Numbered from the stretch's first letter, positions 18,778 through 40,885 are shown. The stretch: 64,000 nt of DNA from an uncultured delta proteobacterium (GCA_963752595.1 CAVVYZ010000020.1:128001-192000), one strand, 5' to 3'. The notes: generated from the sequence alone by a model not told the origin. Numbers and translations are program-made.

Positions 18778-19493
18778 GGGTTAAGCTTGCCTTCGATCTG
18801 CTCCGGCGTCATCCCGAAACGCCTCTGCCGGCTGTGGAACCAGGAAATGGCGGCACCCAGGGCTTTTTCGTCGAAATCGGGCCAGAGGATGTCGGTGAAG
18901 TAGATCTCGGTATAGGCAAGCTGCCAGAGGAGGAAATTGCTGACGCGCCACTCTCCTCCTGTCCTGATCAGCAGGTCGGGATCGGGCATGAACGAGGTAT
19001 CGAGATATCGGGAAAAGGTCTCCTCGTCGAGCTCACTGTTCAGGGGACTGCTGCGGAGGACCTGCCGGATACCGCGGATGATGTCGTCCCTGCCGCCGTA
19101 ATTCAGGGCCACAGTGAGGTGGATGCCCTTGTTGTCTTTTGTCTTGTCTTTTGTGGCCTGAATCTTCTGCTGAAGCTTTTCCGGAAATTTGGCCAGGTCT
19201 CCGATGGTATGCAGGCACACGCCGCCTTCCATGAGCCTTTCAACCTCCCGGTCGATGAATCCCTCCAGCAGCCTGAAAAGGCCTTCCACCTCATCTTTGG
19301 GTCGTCTCCAGTTCTCTGAGGAGAAGGCATAGAGGGTAAGGTATGTGACGCCCCTTTGCTTCGCAGCCTCAACAATCTTCCTGGCAGCCTGGGAACCGGC
19401 TTCATGACCTTTGAGCCGTGTAAGCCCCCGGCCCTTGGCCCATCTTCCGTTTCCGTCCATGATGATTGCGAGGTGAACGATTTTGTTTTCCAT
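18774..19493 (-). CDS. uppS: Undecaprenyl diphosphate synthase
   Basis: HLAIIMDGNGRW, FSSENW and RVSNFLLWQ motifs. Confidence 0.96.
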   Translation of the reverse strand: MENKIVHLAIIMDGNGRWAKGRGLTRLKGHEAGSQAARKIVEAAKQRGVTYLTLYAFSSENWRRPKDEVEGLFRLLEGFIDREVERLMEGGVCLHTIGDLAKFPEKLQQKIQATKDKTKDNKGIHLTVALNYGGRDDIIRGIRQVLRSSPLNSELDEETFSRYLDTSFMPDPDLLIRTGGEWRVSNFLLWQLAYTEIYFTDILWPDFDEKALGAAISWFHSRQRRFGMTPEQIEGKLNP

Positions 19494-19765
19494 ACGTCGG
19501 GCATTGTTAACACGCTGAAATTCATGGGTCAACAGATTTGGAGTGCTCCGCATGATGTCACTTGATTTCAGGAAAGAATGAGATATTATGAATCCAAAAT
19601 GAATATTTAATCATCTATAGAAAGTCTTGTATCATACCCTTTGGGTAGATAAGGGCTGCTATCCTGCTTAAAAGAAAATATCCCAGTCAAATAATACTCC
19701 TTGACTTTTAAGTGATCATTGAGATACAGACGATTTCTGCGCAAGCTATGGGTGCGCTAACTAGG

Positions 19766-19841
19766 GCTGGAGTAGCTCAATCGGTAGAGCAGCTGATTTG
19801 TAATCAGCAGGTTGCGGGTTCGAGTCCCATCTCCAGCTCCA
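19766..19841 (+). tRNA. tRNA-Thr(TGT)
   Basis: Cloverleaf, anticodon arm CTGAT-TTGTAA-TCAG, CCA end. Confidence 0.96.
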
Positions 19842-19850
19842 AGATTTGAG

Positions 19851-19935
<85 letters not shown>

Positions 19936-19999
19936 TGAAGATTTGAGGGATTGCAGGAGACGTAAGTCGTTAAGACTGCATATCCTTGTGAAAAGTGAT

Positions 20000-20076
20000 G
20001 CGGGAGTAGCTCAGTTGGCTAGAGCGTCAGCCTTCCAAGCTGAGGGTCGCGGGTTCGAATCCCGTTTCCCGCTCCA
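20000..20076 (+). tRNA. tRNA-Gly(TCC)
   Basis: TCAGC-CTTCCAA-GCTGA anticodon arm, CCA end. Confidence 0.96.
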
Positions 20077-20099
20077 TACCCGTCTCTTGTGGATATTAT

Positions 20100-20175
<76 letters not shown>

Positions 20176-20228
20176 TTTTCTATATTAGGCTTGTGCAGAG
20201 AAAAAAATACTATATAAGGGGGATGCAG

Positions 20229-21429
<1,201 letters not shown>

Positions 21430-21443
21430 GTTGGTGGAGCATC

Positions 21444-21594
21444 ATGAGAGACAGCATAACATTGGCATGTTCCGAGTGCAAGAGACGCAACTACACGTCC
21501 ACCCGGAACAAGAAGAAGAGTACGGAAAAGTTGGAGATGAAAAAGTACTGTGCATTCTGCAGGACTCATACTCGTGCATAAAGAGACAAAATAA
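21444..21594 (+). CDS. rpmG: 50S ribosomal protein L33 (zinc-binding type; 1-nt indel near the end)
   Basis: Read by hand: [17 protein letters not shown]...[11 protein letters not shown]. Confidence 0.92.
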
Positions 21595-21603
21595 AAAAAG
21601 TGC

Positions 21604-21680
21604 AGGCCAGTAGCTCTAATTGGTAGAGCGCCGGACTCCAAATCCGGATGCTGGGGGTTCGAATCCCTCCTGGCCTGCCA
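21604..21680 (+). tRNA. tRNA-Trp(CCA)
   Basis: CCGGA-CTCCAAA-TCCGG anticodon arm, CCA end; usual position before secE. Confidence 0.96.
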
Positions 21681-21695
21681 TAGTTTGGTAAAGAT

Positions 21696-21885
21696 ATGGA
21701 AAAAATAGAGGTCTTCAAAGAGAGTTCCTCAGGGAAGTCAAAGCCGAGTTGAACAAGGTCACCTGGACGGCAGGAAAGAGGTCATGAGCGGGACGATTGC
21801 AGTGCTCGTCCTGAGCGCGTTCGTCTCCATATTCCTGGCGCTCATAGACATCGGTCTGTCCCCTGTGGTCAGGCTGTTGAGTTGA
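21696..21885 (+). CDS. secE: Preprotein translocase SecE (frameshifted in this sequence)
   Basis: FLREVKAELNKVTW fragment; lies between tRNA-Trp and nusG. Confidence 0.85.
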
Positions 21886-21890
21886 TGGGT

Positions 21891-22447
21891 ATGGAAGAGA
21901 ATATGGAAGAACACTGGATCACAAGTGGTACGTAGTTCATACCCACTCGAACTACGAGCAGAAGGCGAAGAAGTCTCTGGAAGAGAGGGTCAAGGCATTC
22001 CACGTCGAAGAGTTTTTCTCCGGCATACTCGTTCCCTCCGAGCAGGTCCCGAAGGCGCCCCAGGGCAAGAAGAAGTCGGCGAACAGGAGGACTTTCCCCG
22101 GATACATACTCGTACGGATGGTTCTCACCGACCAGACCTGGCACGTGGTGATGAATACGCCCAAGATAACCGGATTCGTCGGCGGCAGGACTTCCCCGTC
22201 CACCATCCCCGATTCTGAAGTGGAAACGCTTACGGGCCCAGCTCGAAGAAGGGGTGGAAGCGTCATGTCTACAAGAGCGAGTTCAATGTCGGTGATGAGG
22301 TGCTCGTCAACGAGGGACCATTCCAGAATTTCAGCGGCGTTGTGGACGATACCAAGCCTGACAAGGGCAAGGTCACGGGTGCTCGTGAGCATCTTCGGCA
22401 GATCCACACCGGTTGAGTTGAATTTTGATCAGATAACCAAGAAATAG
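21891..22447 (+). CDS. nusG: Transcription factor NusG (frameshifted)
   Basis: KWYVVHT, FPGYILV, NTPKITGFVG and IFGRSTPVELNF fragments. Confidence 0.9.
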
Positions 22448-22463
22448 ATCCAAGGGGTAGCAG

Positions 22464-22892
22464 ATGGCAAAAAAGAATGTACTGGCAAAAATCAAGATTC
22501 ATATCCCCGCAGGCGAAGCGAAACCTTCACCTCCTGTCGGACCTGCACTGGGACAGCACGGGGTGAACATCATGGAGTTCTGCAAGGCATTCAATGCTGC
22601 GACCGACAAGCAGCGGGGCTACAAGATACCGGTGCAGATCACGGTATACTCGGACCGTTCCTTTACCTTCATCACCAAGAGTCCGCCTGCATCGACCCTG
22701 CTCATCAAGGCAGCCGGAATCGAGAAAGGCTCCCAGGTCCCCAACAAGGACAAGGTGGCCAAGCTCACTACGGATCAGATCAAGGACATCGCCAACCAGA
22801 AGATGAAAGATCTGAACACCACCGACATGGAGATGGCCGTCAGGATCATCGCCGGCACTGCTCGGAGCATGGGCATTGAGATTGTTGATTAA
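22464..22892 (+). CDS. rplK: 50S ribosomal protein L11
   Basis: [24 protein letters not shown]. Confidence 0.97.
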   Translation: MAKKNVLAKIKIHIPAGEAKPSPPVGPALGQHGVNIMEFCKAFNAATDKQRGYKIPVQITVYSDRSFTFITKSPPASTLLIKAAGIEKGSQVPNKDKVAKLTTDQIKDIANQKMKDLNTTDMEMAVRIIAGTARSMGIEIVD

Positions 22893-22905
22893 GGAGAAGT
22901 GAGCT

Positions 22906-23613
22906 ATGGCGAAGAGTGGTAAGAAATACATTGAGGTCAGTAAAAACATCGATCCGCAGAAGAAATATAAGCTGGACGAAGCATTGAAGCTCGTCGTTGG
23001 AGGGCGCATACGCCAAGTTCGACGAGAGCGTCGACGTTGCGCTTAGGCTCGGTGTCGATCCGAGGCATGCGGACCAGATGGTACGCGGATCGCTCGTTCT
23101 CCCCCACGGGACGGGCAAGACGACCCGTATCCTCGTATTTGCAAAGGGCGAGAAGGAGAAAGAGGCTATCGATGCCGGCGCCGACTTATGCCGGTGCAGA
23201 GGATATTGCCGAGAAGATCCAGGGCGGATGGCTCGATTTCGACAAGGTCATCGCCACCCCGGATACCATGGGTACGGTCGGCAAGCTGGGAAAGATCCTG
23301 GGACCCAGGGGCCTGATGCCGAACCCCAAGCTCGGCACCGTGACCTTCGACGTGAGCAAGGCCGTTGGTGAAATGAAGGCCGGCCGCGTGGATTTCCGCG
23401 TGGACAAGGTGGGAATCGTCCATTGCGCCATCGGCAAGGTTTCCTTCGGCCAGGACAAGATCATGGACAACGTCAGGGCTCTCCTTGAGACTGATCATGA
23501 AGCTCAAGCCGTCATCGAGCAAGGGAACATATCTAAAGAGCGTGACGGTTTCGAGCACCATGGGTCCAGGCGTAAAGGTGGACCCGATCGAGGTTCCGCA
23601 GCTTTTGAAGTAA
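22906..23613 (+). CDS. rplA: 50S ribosomal protein L1 (frameshifted)
   Basis: LPHGTGK and [11 protein letters not shown] motifs. Confidence 0.94.
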
Positions 23614-23623
23614 AGGAATAGCA

Positions 23624-23700
23624 TCCTGGTCAAAGACAGCGGGCGTCTTTTGCAAAAAAGGCGGACTTAAAAATATCAGCCCGCCGAGATCTGGGAGTCT
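23624..23700 (+). promoter_or_regulatory. L10 leader (ribosomal protein autoregulatory RNA)
   Basis: AAAGACAGCGGG...TTAAA...CCCGCCGAG pattern directly upstream of rplJ. Confidence 0.65.
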
Positions 23701-23753
23701 CCCCGGCACCCTTTGACAGGATAGATCATAAAAGAAAGGGGTGAGGTAATTCA

Positions 23754-24275
23754 TTGAAGAAAGAACAGAAAGCAGTCACGGTCAATCAATTACATGATGA
23801 GCTGGGGATATCCCAGGCGGTCTTCATGACCGACTACATGGGCCTGAATGTCGAGAAGATTACCCAGCTGAGGAAGAGCGTCAAGGACGCAGGCGGAAAT
23901 TACCAGGTCGTCAAGAACACCCTCCTCGAGAGGGCTGCTGAAGATACACCGGCAAAGCTGCTCGAAGAGTCCTTCGCAGGACCGACAGCCATCGCCATGG
24001 CCTTCAAAGATCCTGTCGCCGTTGCAAAGATCCTGGTGAACTTTGCCAAGGATAACGAGAAGCTGGAGATCCAGTCCGGAGTGCTCGGCAGGCAGGTTCT
24101 GAAGGCTGACGATGTCCAGGCGCTCGCAAAGATGCCGGGCAGGGAAGAACTCCTGGCCAAGATGCTTGGCTCGATCAATGCTCCGGTTTCCAACTTTGTC
24201 GGAGTGTTTGCCGCAATGCTGAGGCAGCTGTTGTATGTGCTCAGTGCAATTGAAAAACAAAAACAAGGAGAGTAA
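23754..24275 (+). CDS. rplJ: 50S ribosomal protein L10
   Basis: DYMGLNV, VVKNTL and [10 protein letters not shown] motifs. Confidence 0.95.
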   Translation: MKKEQKAVTVNQLHDELGISQAVFMTDYMGLNVEKITQLRKSVKDAGGNYQVVKNTLLERAAEDTPAKLLEESFAGPTAIAMAFKDPVAVAKILVNFAKDNEKLEIQSGVLGRQVLKADDVQALAKMPGREELLAKMLGSINAPVSNFVGVFAAMLRQLLYVLSAIEKQKQGE

Positions 24276-24280
24276 GAGAA

Positions 24281-24671
24281 ATGGCTGAAATTACACGTGA
24301 AGATGTTATAAAATATATTGAGAATATGACGGTTCTTGAGCTGGCGGGTTTCGTAAAGGAGCTCGAGGAGAAGTTCGGCGTGAGCGCAGCGGCCCCGATG
24401 GGCATGGTAGCGGCAATGCCGGCAGGCGGTGCAGCCGCCTGCCGCAGAGGCTGAAGAGAAGACCGAATTCGACGTCGTCCTCAAGGATGCAGGCGCGCAG
24501 AAGATCCAGGTCATCAAGGTTGTCCGCGTCTCTGACGGACCTCGGCCTGAAAGAGGCAAAGGAAGCAGTCGAAGGCGCACCTAACACCATCAAGGCAGGT
24601 GTCTCCAAGGATGATGCAGAGGATGCAAAGAAGAAGCTCGAAGAGGTTGGTGCGTCGTAGAGATCAAGTAG
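24281..24671 (+). CDS. rplL: 50S ribosomal protein L7/L12 (frameshifted)
   Basis: [23 protein letters not shown] and [10 protein letters not shown]. Confidence 0.93.
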
Positions 24672-24698
24672 ATATAGGATACGAACAAAGGTAATAGT

Positions 24699-24724
24699 GG
24701 GGTTGGTGTATACCAGCCCCTTTT
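24699..24724 (+). terminator. Intrinsic terminator/attenuator between rplL and rpoB
   Basis: GGGGTTGGT-GTAT-ACCAGCCCC hairpin followed by TTTT. Confidence 0.7.
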
Positions 24725-24783
24725 GTGCTCTCATTTATACATAAATAAAAAAACGCATAACCCAAAAAGAGGAAGACCGTAAG

Positions 24784-28941
<4,158 letters not shown>

Positions 28942-28958
28942 AGTTAAGGAGAGAAAGA

Positions 28959-33287
<4,329 letters not shown>

Positions 33288-33294
33288 AAAACCC

Positions 33295-33323
33295 TTGACA
33301 GATCAACCATCCACTGTTAGAAA
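33295..33323 (+). promoter_or_regulatory. Candidate sigma-70 promoter of the str operon
   Basis: TTGACA-N17-TAGAAA with a TG extension. Confidence 0.55.
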
Positions 33324-33384
33324 ACTGCGTCACTTTGACAATCTGTATCGTCAATTATTGGACGGAAAAGAAGGGACTTGAAGG

Positions 33385-33756
33385 ATGCCTACACTGAATC
33401 AACTCGTACGAAAAGGCAGGAATGCTGTTGCGAAGAAAAAGAAAACCAGGGCGCTCCAGGAGTGCCCGCAGAAGAGGGGTGTGTGCGTAAGGGTATACAC
33501 CACGACTCCGAAGAAGCCGAACTCGGCTCTGCGCAAGGTTGCGAGGGTCAGGCTCACCAACGGCTACGAGGTGACTTCGTACATCCCGGGCGAAGGGCAC
33601 AACCTGCAGGAACACTCGGTGGTGCTCATCAGGGGCGGCCGTGTGAAAGACCTGCCCGGTGTGAGGTATCATATCATCCGTGGGGTCATGGACTCTGAGG
33701 GCGTACAGGAACGTCGCCAGGGCAGATCCAAATACGGCACCAAAAGACCAAAGTAG
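33385..33756 (+). CDS. rpsL: 30S ribosomal protein S12
   Basis: [11 protein letters not shown] and [11 protein letters not shown] motifs. Confidence 0.98.
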   Translation: MPTLNQLVRKGRNAVAKKKKTRALQECPQKRGVCVRVYTTTPKKPNSALRKVARVRLTNGYEVTSYIPGEGHNLQEHSVVLIRGGRVKDLPGVRYHIIRGVMDSEGVQERRQGRSKYGTKRPK

Positions 33757-33769
33757 AGGGTAACAGACA

Positions 33770-34243
33770 ATGCCAAGGAAAAAGAGAGGAACTCTCAAGA
33801 GAGATGTAGCGGGTGATCCCGTTTACAGGGATAAGGTTGTTACCAAGTTTATCAACTGCCTCATGTGGGACGGCAAGAAGTCCGCGAGCGAGAAGATATT
33901 CTACGAGACGCTGGACATTCTGGCAGCCAAGACCAAAGAGGACCCTCTTCAGGTATTCACCAAGGCGTTCGATAACGTGAAGCCCTCGCTGGAAGTCAGA
34001 TCCAGGAGGATCGGCGGCGCCACATACCAGGTACCGCAAGAGGTGAGGCCCGATCGCAGGGACATGCTTGCGAGAAGGTGGCTCATCACCGCCGCACGTG
34101 CCAGAAGCGAACATGACATGAGCGAGAGGCTGGCTCTCGAACTCCTCGATGCATATAACAACAGAGGAACATCCATAAAGAAGAAAGAAGATACCCACAA
34201 GATGGCTGAGGCGAACAAGGCCTTTGCCCATTATCGTTGGTAA
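33770..34243 (+). CDS. rpsG: 30S ribosomal protein S7
   Basis: [11 protein letters not shown] and [13 protein letters not shown]. Confidence 0.98.
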   Translation: MPRKKRGTLKRDVAGDPVYRDKVVTKFINCLMWDGKKSASEKIFYETLDILAAKTKEDPLQVFTKAFDNVKPSLEVRSRRIGGATYQVPQEVRPDRRDMLARRWLITAARARSEHDMSERLALELLDAYNNRGTSIKKKEDTHKMAEANKAFAHYRW

Positions 34244-34275
34244 GAACAATTTATTAGAAAATCAGGTATAAGAAA

Positions 34276-36363
34276 TTGAAGAGAACAGTACCCATAGAAA
34301 AGCTGAGAAATATCGGCATCATGGCTCATATCGATGCCGGCAAGACCACGACCACCGAGCGGATCCTGTACTACACGGGAAAGAGCTACAAGATCGGTGA
34401 GGTCCATGACGGTCAGGCCACCATGGACTGGATGGAGCAGGAAAAAGAGCGGGGGATCACCATTACCTCTGCTGCGACTACGTGCACGTGGAGGGATCAC
34501 GTCATCAACATCATCGACACCCCCGGGCATGTGGACTTCACCATCGAGGTCGAGCGGTCTTTACGGGTGCTGGACGGTGCTGTCGGTGTGTTTTGCGCGG
34601 TCGGCGGGGTTCAGCCCCAGTCTGAAACGGTGTGGAGACAGGCCGAGCGCTATCAGGTCCCCAGGATCGCATTCGTCAACAAGATGGACCGGGTCGGCGC
34701 CGACTTCTTAAAGGTCCTGAAAGATATCAAAGATAAACTCGCAGCAAACCCTGTAGCCCTGCAGTTACCTATGGGTGAGGAAGAAAAGTTTGCCGGTGTG
34801 GTAGATCTCATCGAGATGAAGGCAATCACCTTTGAAGAAAGCTCAAAGGGAGCAGAGATGCAGGTAAGTGAGATACCTTCCCAATACCGGGACCTGGCGG
34901 AAGAATACCGCGAAAGGCTCATAGAGGCGGTCAGTGATGTAGACGACTTCATCATGCAAGCTTACCTCGATGGCGGGGAGATCACGAACGAGCAGATCAG
35001 GCACGCAATCAAAAAAGGCGCTTTGACCCTGAAGCTTACCCCCGTGCTCTGCGGTACCGCATTCAAGAATAAAGGTGTTCAGCCCCTGCTGGATGCCATT
35101 GTAGATTATCTCCCGTCTCCCAGAGAAGTGGGGGCCGTGGCCGGCAAGGACGAGAAAGGCCAGGACCAGTCCCGGAATCCGGATGACGGCGAATCCCTGG
35201 CAGCTCTAGCCTTCAAGGTCATGAATGATCCGTACGTAGGTCAGCTCACCTTTATCCGGGTATACTCCGGTGTCGTGAGTGTGGGCGATACGATCTACAA
35301 CAGCTCCAACGGGAAAAAAGAGCGCATCGGCAGGCTCGTCAGGATGTTTGCCGACAAGCGCGAGGAGATCAAAGAGATCAATGCCGGCGATATCGCTGCC
35401 GTGCTCGGCCTGAAGAATACGATCACCGGCCAGAGCCTCTGCGATACGAACCGGCCGATCATCCTGGAATCCATGGATTTCCCGGAACCGGTCATCTCCA
35501 TTGCCATCGAGCCCAAAACCAAGGGCGACCAGGAAAAGCTGGGTATGGCTTTGTCCCGCATGTCCATGGAGGATCCGTCCTTCAAGGTCCATTCGGACAA
35601 GAATACCGGGGATACGCTCATTTCCGGCATGGGCGAGCTTCATCTGGAAATCATCGTCGACCGCATCAGGCGGGAATTCGGGGTAGAGGCCAATGTGGGT
35701 AAACCCCAGGTTGCCTATACCGAGACGATTACCCGGGAAGCACAGGAAGAGACCAAATATGCCAAGCAGACCGGCGGGCACGGCCAGTTCGCGCATGTGC
35801 TCATCCGTGTCGAGCCTATCGAGAGCGGCTCAGGTTTGGAGTTCGTAGATAAGGTGGTGGGCGGCGTCATTCCGCGCGAGTACATCCCCGCAGTCAGGAA
35901 AGGGGTTGAAGAGGCCATGCAGATGGGTCCCTGCGCCGGGTATCCGGTTCAGGACGTACGCGTCACCCTGTACGACGGCTCGTATCACGAGGTGGACTCC
36001 TCGGATATGGCGTTCAAGATCGCAGGGTCCATGGCACTCAAGAGCGCGCTGAAGAAAGCCGGCCCGGTTATGATGGAACCGGTTATGGATGTTGAGGTGG
36101 TAAGCCCTTCGGAATACATCGGAGATATTATCAATGATCTGTCTTCCCGGAGGGGTAAGGTGCTCGGAATGGACACGCGGTCCGACGTACGGGTAATAGC
36201 CGGCCAGGTACCGCTTGCCGAGATGTTCGGATACGCGACGTCTTTGCGTTCCCTGTCCCAGGGAAGAGCTACCTTCACTATGCAGGTTTCGCACTATGAA
36301 CCTGTACCAACCAATATTTCCGAGCACGTAAAAGAGTCGAGAGGAGGACAGTTCCATGGCTAA
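34276..36363 (+). CDS. fusA: Elongation factor G
   Basis: [17 protein letters not shown] and GMGELHL motifs. Confidence 0.98.
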   Translation: MKRTVPIEKLRNIGIMAHIDAGKTTTTERILYYTGKSYKIGEVHDGQATMDWMEQEKERGITITSAATTCTWRDHVINIIDTPGHVDFTIEVERSLRVLDGAVGVFCAVGGVQPQSETVWRQAERYQVPRIAFVNKMDRVGADFLKVLKDIKDKLAANPVALQLPMGEEEKFAGVVDLIEMKAITFEESSKGAEMQVSEIPSQYRDLAEEYRERLIEAVSDVDDFIMQAYLDGGEITNEQIRHAIKKGALTLKLTPVLCGTAFKNKGVQPLLDAIVDYLPSPREVGAVAGKDEKGQDQSRNPDDGESLAALAFKVMNDPYVGQLTFIRVYSGVVSVGDTIYNSSNGKKERIGRLVRMFADKREEIKEINAGDIAAVLGLKNTITGQSLCDTNRPIILESMDFPEPVISIAIEPKTKGDQEKLGMALSRMSMEDPSFKVHSDKNTGDTLISGMGELHLEIIVDRIRREFGVEANVGKPQVAYTETITREAQEETKYAKQTGGHGQFAHVLIRVEPIESGSGLEFVDKVVGGVIPREYIPAVRKGVEEAMQMGPCAGYPVQDVRVTLYDGSYHEVDSSDMAFKIAGSMALKSALKKAGPVMMEPVMDVEVVSPSEYIGDIINDLSSRRGKVLGMDTRSDVRVIAGQVPLAEMFGYATSLRSLSQGRATFTMQVSHYEPVPTNISEHVKESRGGQFHG

Positions 36364-37551
36364 AGAAACTTTCAAGAGGACGAAGCCGCATGTGAATGTG
36401 GGGACGATAGGCCACATAGATCATGGGAAGACGACGTTAACGGCCGCGATCACGAAGCATTTGGCAAAGAAGGGATTTGCGGAGTACGTAGCATATGATC
36501 AGATAGACAAGGCTCCGGAAGAGAAGGAGCGCGGGATAACGATCAACACGGCGCATGTAGAGTATCAGACGGAGAAGAGGCATTATGCGCACATTGATTG
36601 TCCTGGTCATGCGGATTACATCAAGAACATGATCACGGGAGCTGCGCAGATGGACGGAGCGATACTTGTGGTGGCTGCGAGTGACGGGCCGATGCCGCAG
36701 ACACGAGAGCACATATTGCTGGCGAAGCAGGTGAACGTGCCTGCGATGGTAGTGTTCATGAACAAGGTAGATCAGGTAGACGATCCCGAGTTGCTTGAGC
36801 TGGTTGAGCTGGAGTTGCGGGAGTTGCTTACGGCATATGATTTTCCTGGGGATGAGATACCGATCATCAAGGGGAGTGCGATGCTGGCGCTGGCGTCGGA
36901 AGATCCGGACAGTCCTGAAGCGAAGTGCATATTTGAGTTGATGGATGCGGTAGATTCTTATATACCGGAGCCTGATGCGTGACGATAGACAAGCCGTTTT
37001 TGATGCCTGTAGAGGACATATTCACGATCAGCGGACGCGGCACGGTAGTGACGGGTCGAGTAGAGCGTGGAGTGATCAAGACAGGGGAAGAGGTAGAGAT
37101 AATAGGGATCAGGCCTACGATCAAGACGGTATGCACAGGAGTTGAGATGTTCCGGAAGACGCTGGATGAGGGTCGGGCCGGGGACAACGTAGGGATACTG
37201 ATACGTGGGACGAAGAGGGAAGAGGTAGAGCGGGGGCAGGTAGTAGCGCATCCCGGGTCGATTTTGCCTCATACGAACTTTGTGTCCGAGGTATACGTAT
37301 TGAAGAAGGAAGAGGGAGGCAGGCACACGCCGTTTTTCACAGGGTACCGGCCGCAGTTTTATTTTCGGACGACGGACGTGACTGGAGACATTGCGCTGCC
37401 GGAGGGAGTAGAGATGGTAATGCCCGGAGATAACGTGACCATGAACGTGAAGCTGATTCAGCCGATCGCCATGGACGAGGGATTGCGGTTTGCTATCCGT
37501 GAAGGCGGCAGAACCGTTGCCTCAGGCGTTATCGTTAAAGTTATCGAGTAG
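36356..37551 (+). CDS. tuf: Elongation factor Tu, copy 2 (frameshift near 36975)
   Basis: EF-Tu motifs; position downstream of fusA. Confidence 0.96.
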
Positions 37552-37570
37552 GAAAACAGGAGCAAGGAAC

Positions 37571-37879
37571 ATGGAGACCCAGAGGATACGCATACGGTTG
37601 AAAGGCTTTGATCACAAGCTGATCGATCAGTCTGTACAGGAAATAGTTGATGCAGCACGAAGGACAGGTGCACGAGTGGCAGGCCCGATTCCGCTTCCGA
37701 CCAAAATCGAGAAATTTACGGTCCTGCGGTCTCCGCATGTTGACAAGAAATCAAGAGACCAGTTCGAGATCCGGACGTTCAAGCGGCTTCTCGACATCCT
37801 TGATCCGACCCAGCAGACGGTTGATTCGCTCATGAAATTGGATCTCTCTGCAGGTGTTGATGTAGAGATTAAGCTCTAA
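37571..37879 (+). CDS. rpsJ: 30S ribosomal protein S10
   Basis: [14 protein letters not shown] and RSPHVDK motifs. Confidence 0.97.
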   Translation: METQRIRIRLKGFDHKLIDQSVQEIVDAARRTGARVAGPIPLPTKIEKFTVLRSPHVDKKSRDQFEIRTFKRLLDILDPTQQTVDSLMKLDLSAGVDVEIKL

Positions 37880-37897
37880 GGAACGTGGGAGTTGACA

Positions 37898-38527
37898 ATG
37901 GTTAAAGCGATCTTAGGGAAAAAGCTCGGAATGAGCCAGGTCTATAATGATAAGGGAGAGATCGTCCCCGTTACCCTGATTCAGGCCGGCCCCTGCTATG
38001 TCATTCAGAAGAAGATCATGGACAGGGATGGATATGAAGCTATCCAGCTCGGATTCGGTCCCAAGAAGGAAAAACGGGTGAACAAACCCATCAAAGGCCA
38101 TCAGGGCAAGGCAGGCGCCGGATACTTCTATTTTATGAGGGAAGTGCCCTGCGATGATATCACTGCGCTGGACGTGGGCCAGGAAATCAAGGTGGACGGG
38201 CTGTTTGCAAAAGGCGAAATGATCGATGTCACCGGCACATCCAAAGGGAAGGGATTTGCAGGCGTTGTCAAAAGACACGGCTTCGGCGGCCTACCCGGTA
38301 CCCATGGATCATTGATCCAGAGAGAGACCGGATCTGTCGGGAGCGCTACAGACCCTGGAGAGATCATGAAGGGTAAGCGCATGGCCGGACACATGGGTGA
38401 CGAGCGGGTAACCGTCGGCAACCTTGAGGTGGTCGATATTCTCGCTGACGAAAACCTCATCCTCATCAAAGGTGCTGTGCCCGGTTCAAAAGGCCAGCTC
38501 GTCGTATTGAAGAAACAAGGGGTGTAG
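37898..38527 (+). CDS. rplC: 50S ribosomal protein L3
   Basis: GKKLGMSQ and SKGKGFAG motifs. Confidence 0.97.
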   Translation: MVKAILGKKLGMSQVYNDKGEIVPVTLIQAGPCYVIQKKIMDRDGYEAIQLGFGPKKEKRVNKPIKGHQGKAGAGYFYFMREVPCDDITALDVGQEIKVDGLFAKGEMIDVTGTSKGKGFAGVVKRHGFGGLPGTHGSLIQRETGSVGSATDPGEIMKGKRMAGHMGDERVTVGNLEVVDILADENLILIKGAVPGSKGQLVVLKKQGV

Positions 38528-38529
38528 TG

Positions 38530-39150
38530 ATGCCTACGGTTGATGTGTATAACATGGCAGGAGATAAGGTCAGAGATATCGACTTGAGCGATACGGTCTT
38601 CGCTAGTGAAGTGAAACCATATCTGCTCCACGATGTCGTCATCTGGCAGCTGGCAAACAGAAGGGCTGCTACGGCAAAGACAAAGACCAGGAGAGAAGTC
38701 TCCGGCGGCGGCGCAAAACCGTTCCGCCAGAAGGGTACGGGCAGAGCCCGCGCCGGGTCGAACCGTTCCCCCGTATGGAGGCATGGCGGCGTCAGCTTCG
38801 GGCCCAACGGCAGGAAATATGACAGCAAGCTGCCCAAAAAGGTCAGAGAGCAGGCTCTGCGCAGCGCACTGAGCATGAAGCTGCAGGAGAACGTGATGAA
38901 GGTTGTCGAGGCCGTTACGCTCGAAAATCCCAAAACCAAGCTCTATGCCGATGCCCTCGGGACCTTGGGGATGGAGAACACACTCGTCGTCATGGGAAAT
39001 ATGGACAGAGACATGTCCATGGCATCGAGAAACCATAGTGCTTCGAAGATGCTCGACGTTCGGGGCCTGAATGTCTACGACATCCTCAAGTACAAGGGCC
39101 TGATCCTGGATCTCGAGGCGGTTCAGTATATCGAAGAGAGGCTGAAATAA
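38530..39150 (+). CDS. rplD: 50S ribosomal protein L4
   Basis: [14 protein letters not shown]. Confidence 0.97.
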   Translation: MPTVDVYNMAGDKVRDIDLSDTVFASEVKPYLLHDVVIWQLANRRAATAKTKTRREVSGGGAKPFRQKGTGRARAGSNRSPVWRHGGVSFGPNGRKYDSKLPKKVREQALRSALSMKLQENVMKVVEAVTLENPKTKLYADALGTLGMENTLVVMGNMDRDMSMASRNHSASKMLDVRGLNVYDILKYKGLILDLEAVQYIEERLK

Positions 39151-39440
39151 TGAAGGACTACACACAGATCATACAACGGCCTATCGTTACCGAGAAAGGC
39201 ACGATGCTGCGGCAGGAATCGAATCAGATCGTTTTCGCCGTCAGGAAGGATGCCAACAAGATCGAGATCAAGAAGGCAGTGGAAGAGCTCTTCAACGTGC
39301 ACGTCGAGGATGTTAAAACTATGAACATCAATGGCAAGTCCAAGCGCTGGGGAATGCATAACTACAGGCGTTCGGACTGGAAAAAAGCCATCGTGAAACT
39401 CAAAGCCGGCGAGTCCGTTGAGTTCTATGAAGGGGTATAG
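39150..39440 (+). CDS. rplW: 50S ribosomal protein L23
   Basis: PIVTEK and WKKAIV motifs. Confidence 0.96.
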   Translation: MKDYTQIIQRPIVTEKGTMLRQESNQIVFAVRKDANKIEIKKAVEELFNVHVEDVKTMNINGKSKRWGMHNYRRSDWKKAIVKLKAGESVEFYEGV

Positions 39441-39443
39441 AAG

Positions 39444-40264
39444 ATGAGCATACGGAGCTTCAAGCCAACATCCGCAGGAAGACGGTCAATGACCGTTTCG
39501 ACATTTGAAGAGATAACGACGGACACTCCCGAGCGTTCGCTGACGACTATCTTAAAGAAGAACAGCGGGCGCAACAATCTCGGCCGCGTTACGGTCAGGC
39601 ATCAGGGCGGCGGAAACAAGAGATTGTACCGCATCATCGATTTCAAGCGCGACAAGACCGGCGTGCCCGGCAAGGTAGTATCCATCGAGTACGATCCGAA
39701 CCGCTCGGCCAGGATATCCCTGATCCAGTACGCAGACGGCGAGAAACGCTACATCATCTGGCCCGACGGGCTGGCAGTGGGCAGCACGGTCATGGCTGCC
39801 GAAGATGCAGACATCAGGACAGGCAATGTCCTGTCGCTCAGGAACATGCCCCTCGGTACATTCGTTCACAACGTCGAATTCAGGCCCGGCAAGGGTGGGC
39901 AGCTCATCAGGTCTGCCGGCACCTATGCACAGGTCCTGGCCAAGGAAGGCGATTATGTCCAGCTCAAGATGCCGTCGGGCGAAGTGAGAAAGATCTTCGC
40001 AGATGCAAGGCGACGATCGGCCAGGTGGGAAATTCCAGCCATTCCAACATCTCAATCGGCAAGGCGGGCAGAAAGCGCTGGATGGGCATCAGGCCCACGG
40101 TGCGCGGCGTTGCCATGAACCCGGTCGATCATCCGCACGGCGGAGGTGAAGGAAGGGTCAAGGGAAATCATCCGGTCACCCCGTGGGGCATTTCGACCAA
40201 GGGACACAAGACCAGGAAGCATAAGAAGAGTTCGAGCAACTATATCGTGAAGAGGAGGAAGTAA
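39444..40264 (+). CDS. rplB: 50S ribosomal protein L2 (frameshift near 40010)
   Basis: IEYDPNRSA and [17 protein letters not shown] motifs. Confidence 0.96.
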
Positions 40265-40266
40265 CC

Positions 40267-40551
40267 GTGGCCCGTTCACTGAAAAAAGGACCTTTTGTAG
40301 ATGACCACCTTTTAAGTAAAGTACTTGGGGCCCAGGAATCCGGGAGCCGGAAGGTGATCAAGACGTGGTCCCGCAGGTCCACTATACTTCCGGAATTTGT
40401 AGGGCTCACGTTTGCAGTACATAACGGCAAAAAGTTCGTTCCTGTGTACGTGACCGAGGAAATGATCGGACACAAGCTCGGTGAGTTTTCCCCAACCCGG
40501 ACGTTCTTTGGACACGCCGGCGACAGGAAATCACAGAAGAAGGGGCACTAA
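40267..40551 (+). CDS. rpsS: 30S ribosomal protein S19
   Basis: RSLKKGPF and GHKLGEF motifs. Confidence 0.97.
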   Translation: MARSLKKGPFVDDHLLSKVLGAQESGSRKVIKTWSRRSTILPEFVGLTFAVHNGKKFVPVYVTEEMIGHKLGEFSPTRTFFGHAGDRKSQKKGH

Positions 40552-40552
40552 G

Positions 40553-40885
40553 ATGGAAGCAAAAGCTATCTTACGACATACGAGGGTTTCCCCTCAGAAG
40601 GCAAGGCTCATTGCCGATCAGGTACGCAGAAAACCGATCGCGGATGCCTTACGGATGCTCAACCTCTTAGGCACCAAGCGGGCGCGTCTCATCGCCAAGG
40701 TGTTGAACTCCGCCGTAGCGAATGCCATGCAGACCGGACTCGTGGATGTGGACAACCTCTACGTGAAATCCATACAGGTCGATGGAGGCGTCGTGCTGAA
40801 ACGGTTCATGCCCCGAGCTCAGGGCAGAGCCGCAAAAATACTAAAGAGAACAAGCCACATATCAGTTGTGCTTGATGAGCTGTAG
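40553..40885 (+). CDS. rplV: 50S ribosomal protein L22
   Basis: SPQKARL and PRAQGRA motifs. Confidence 0.96.
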   Translation: MEAKAILRHTRVSPQKARLIADQVRRKPIADALRMLNLLGTKRARLIAKVLNSAVANAMQTGLVDVDNLYVKSIQVDGGVVLKRFMPRAQGRAAKILKRTSHISVVLDEL

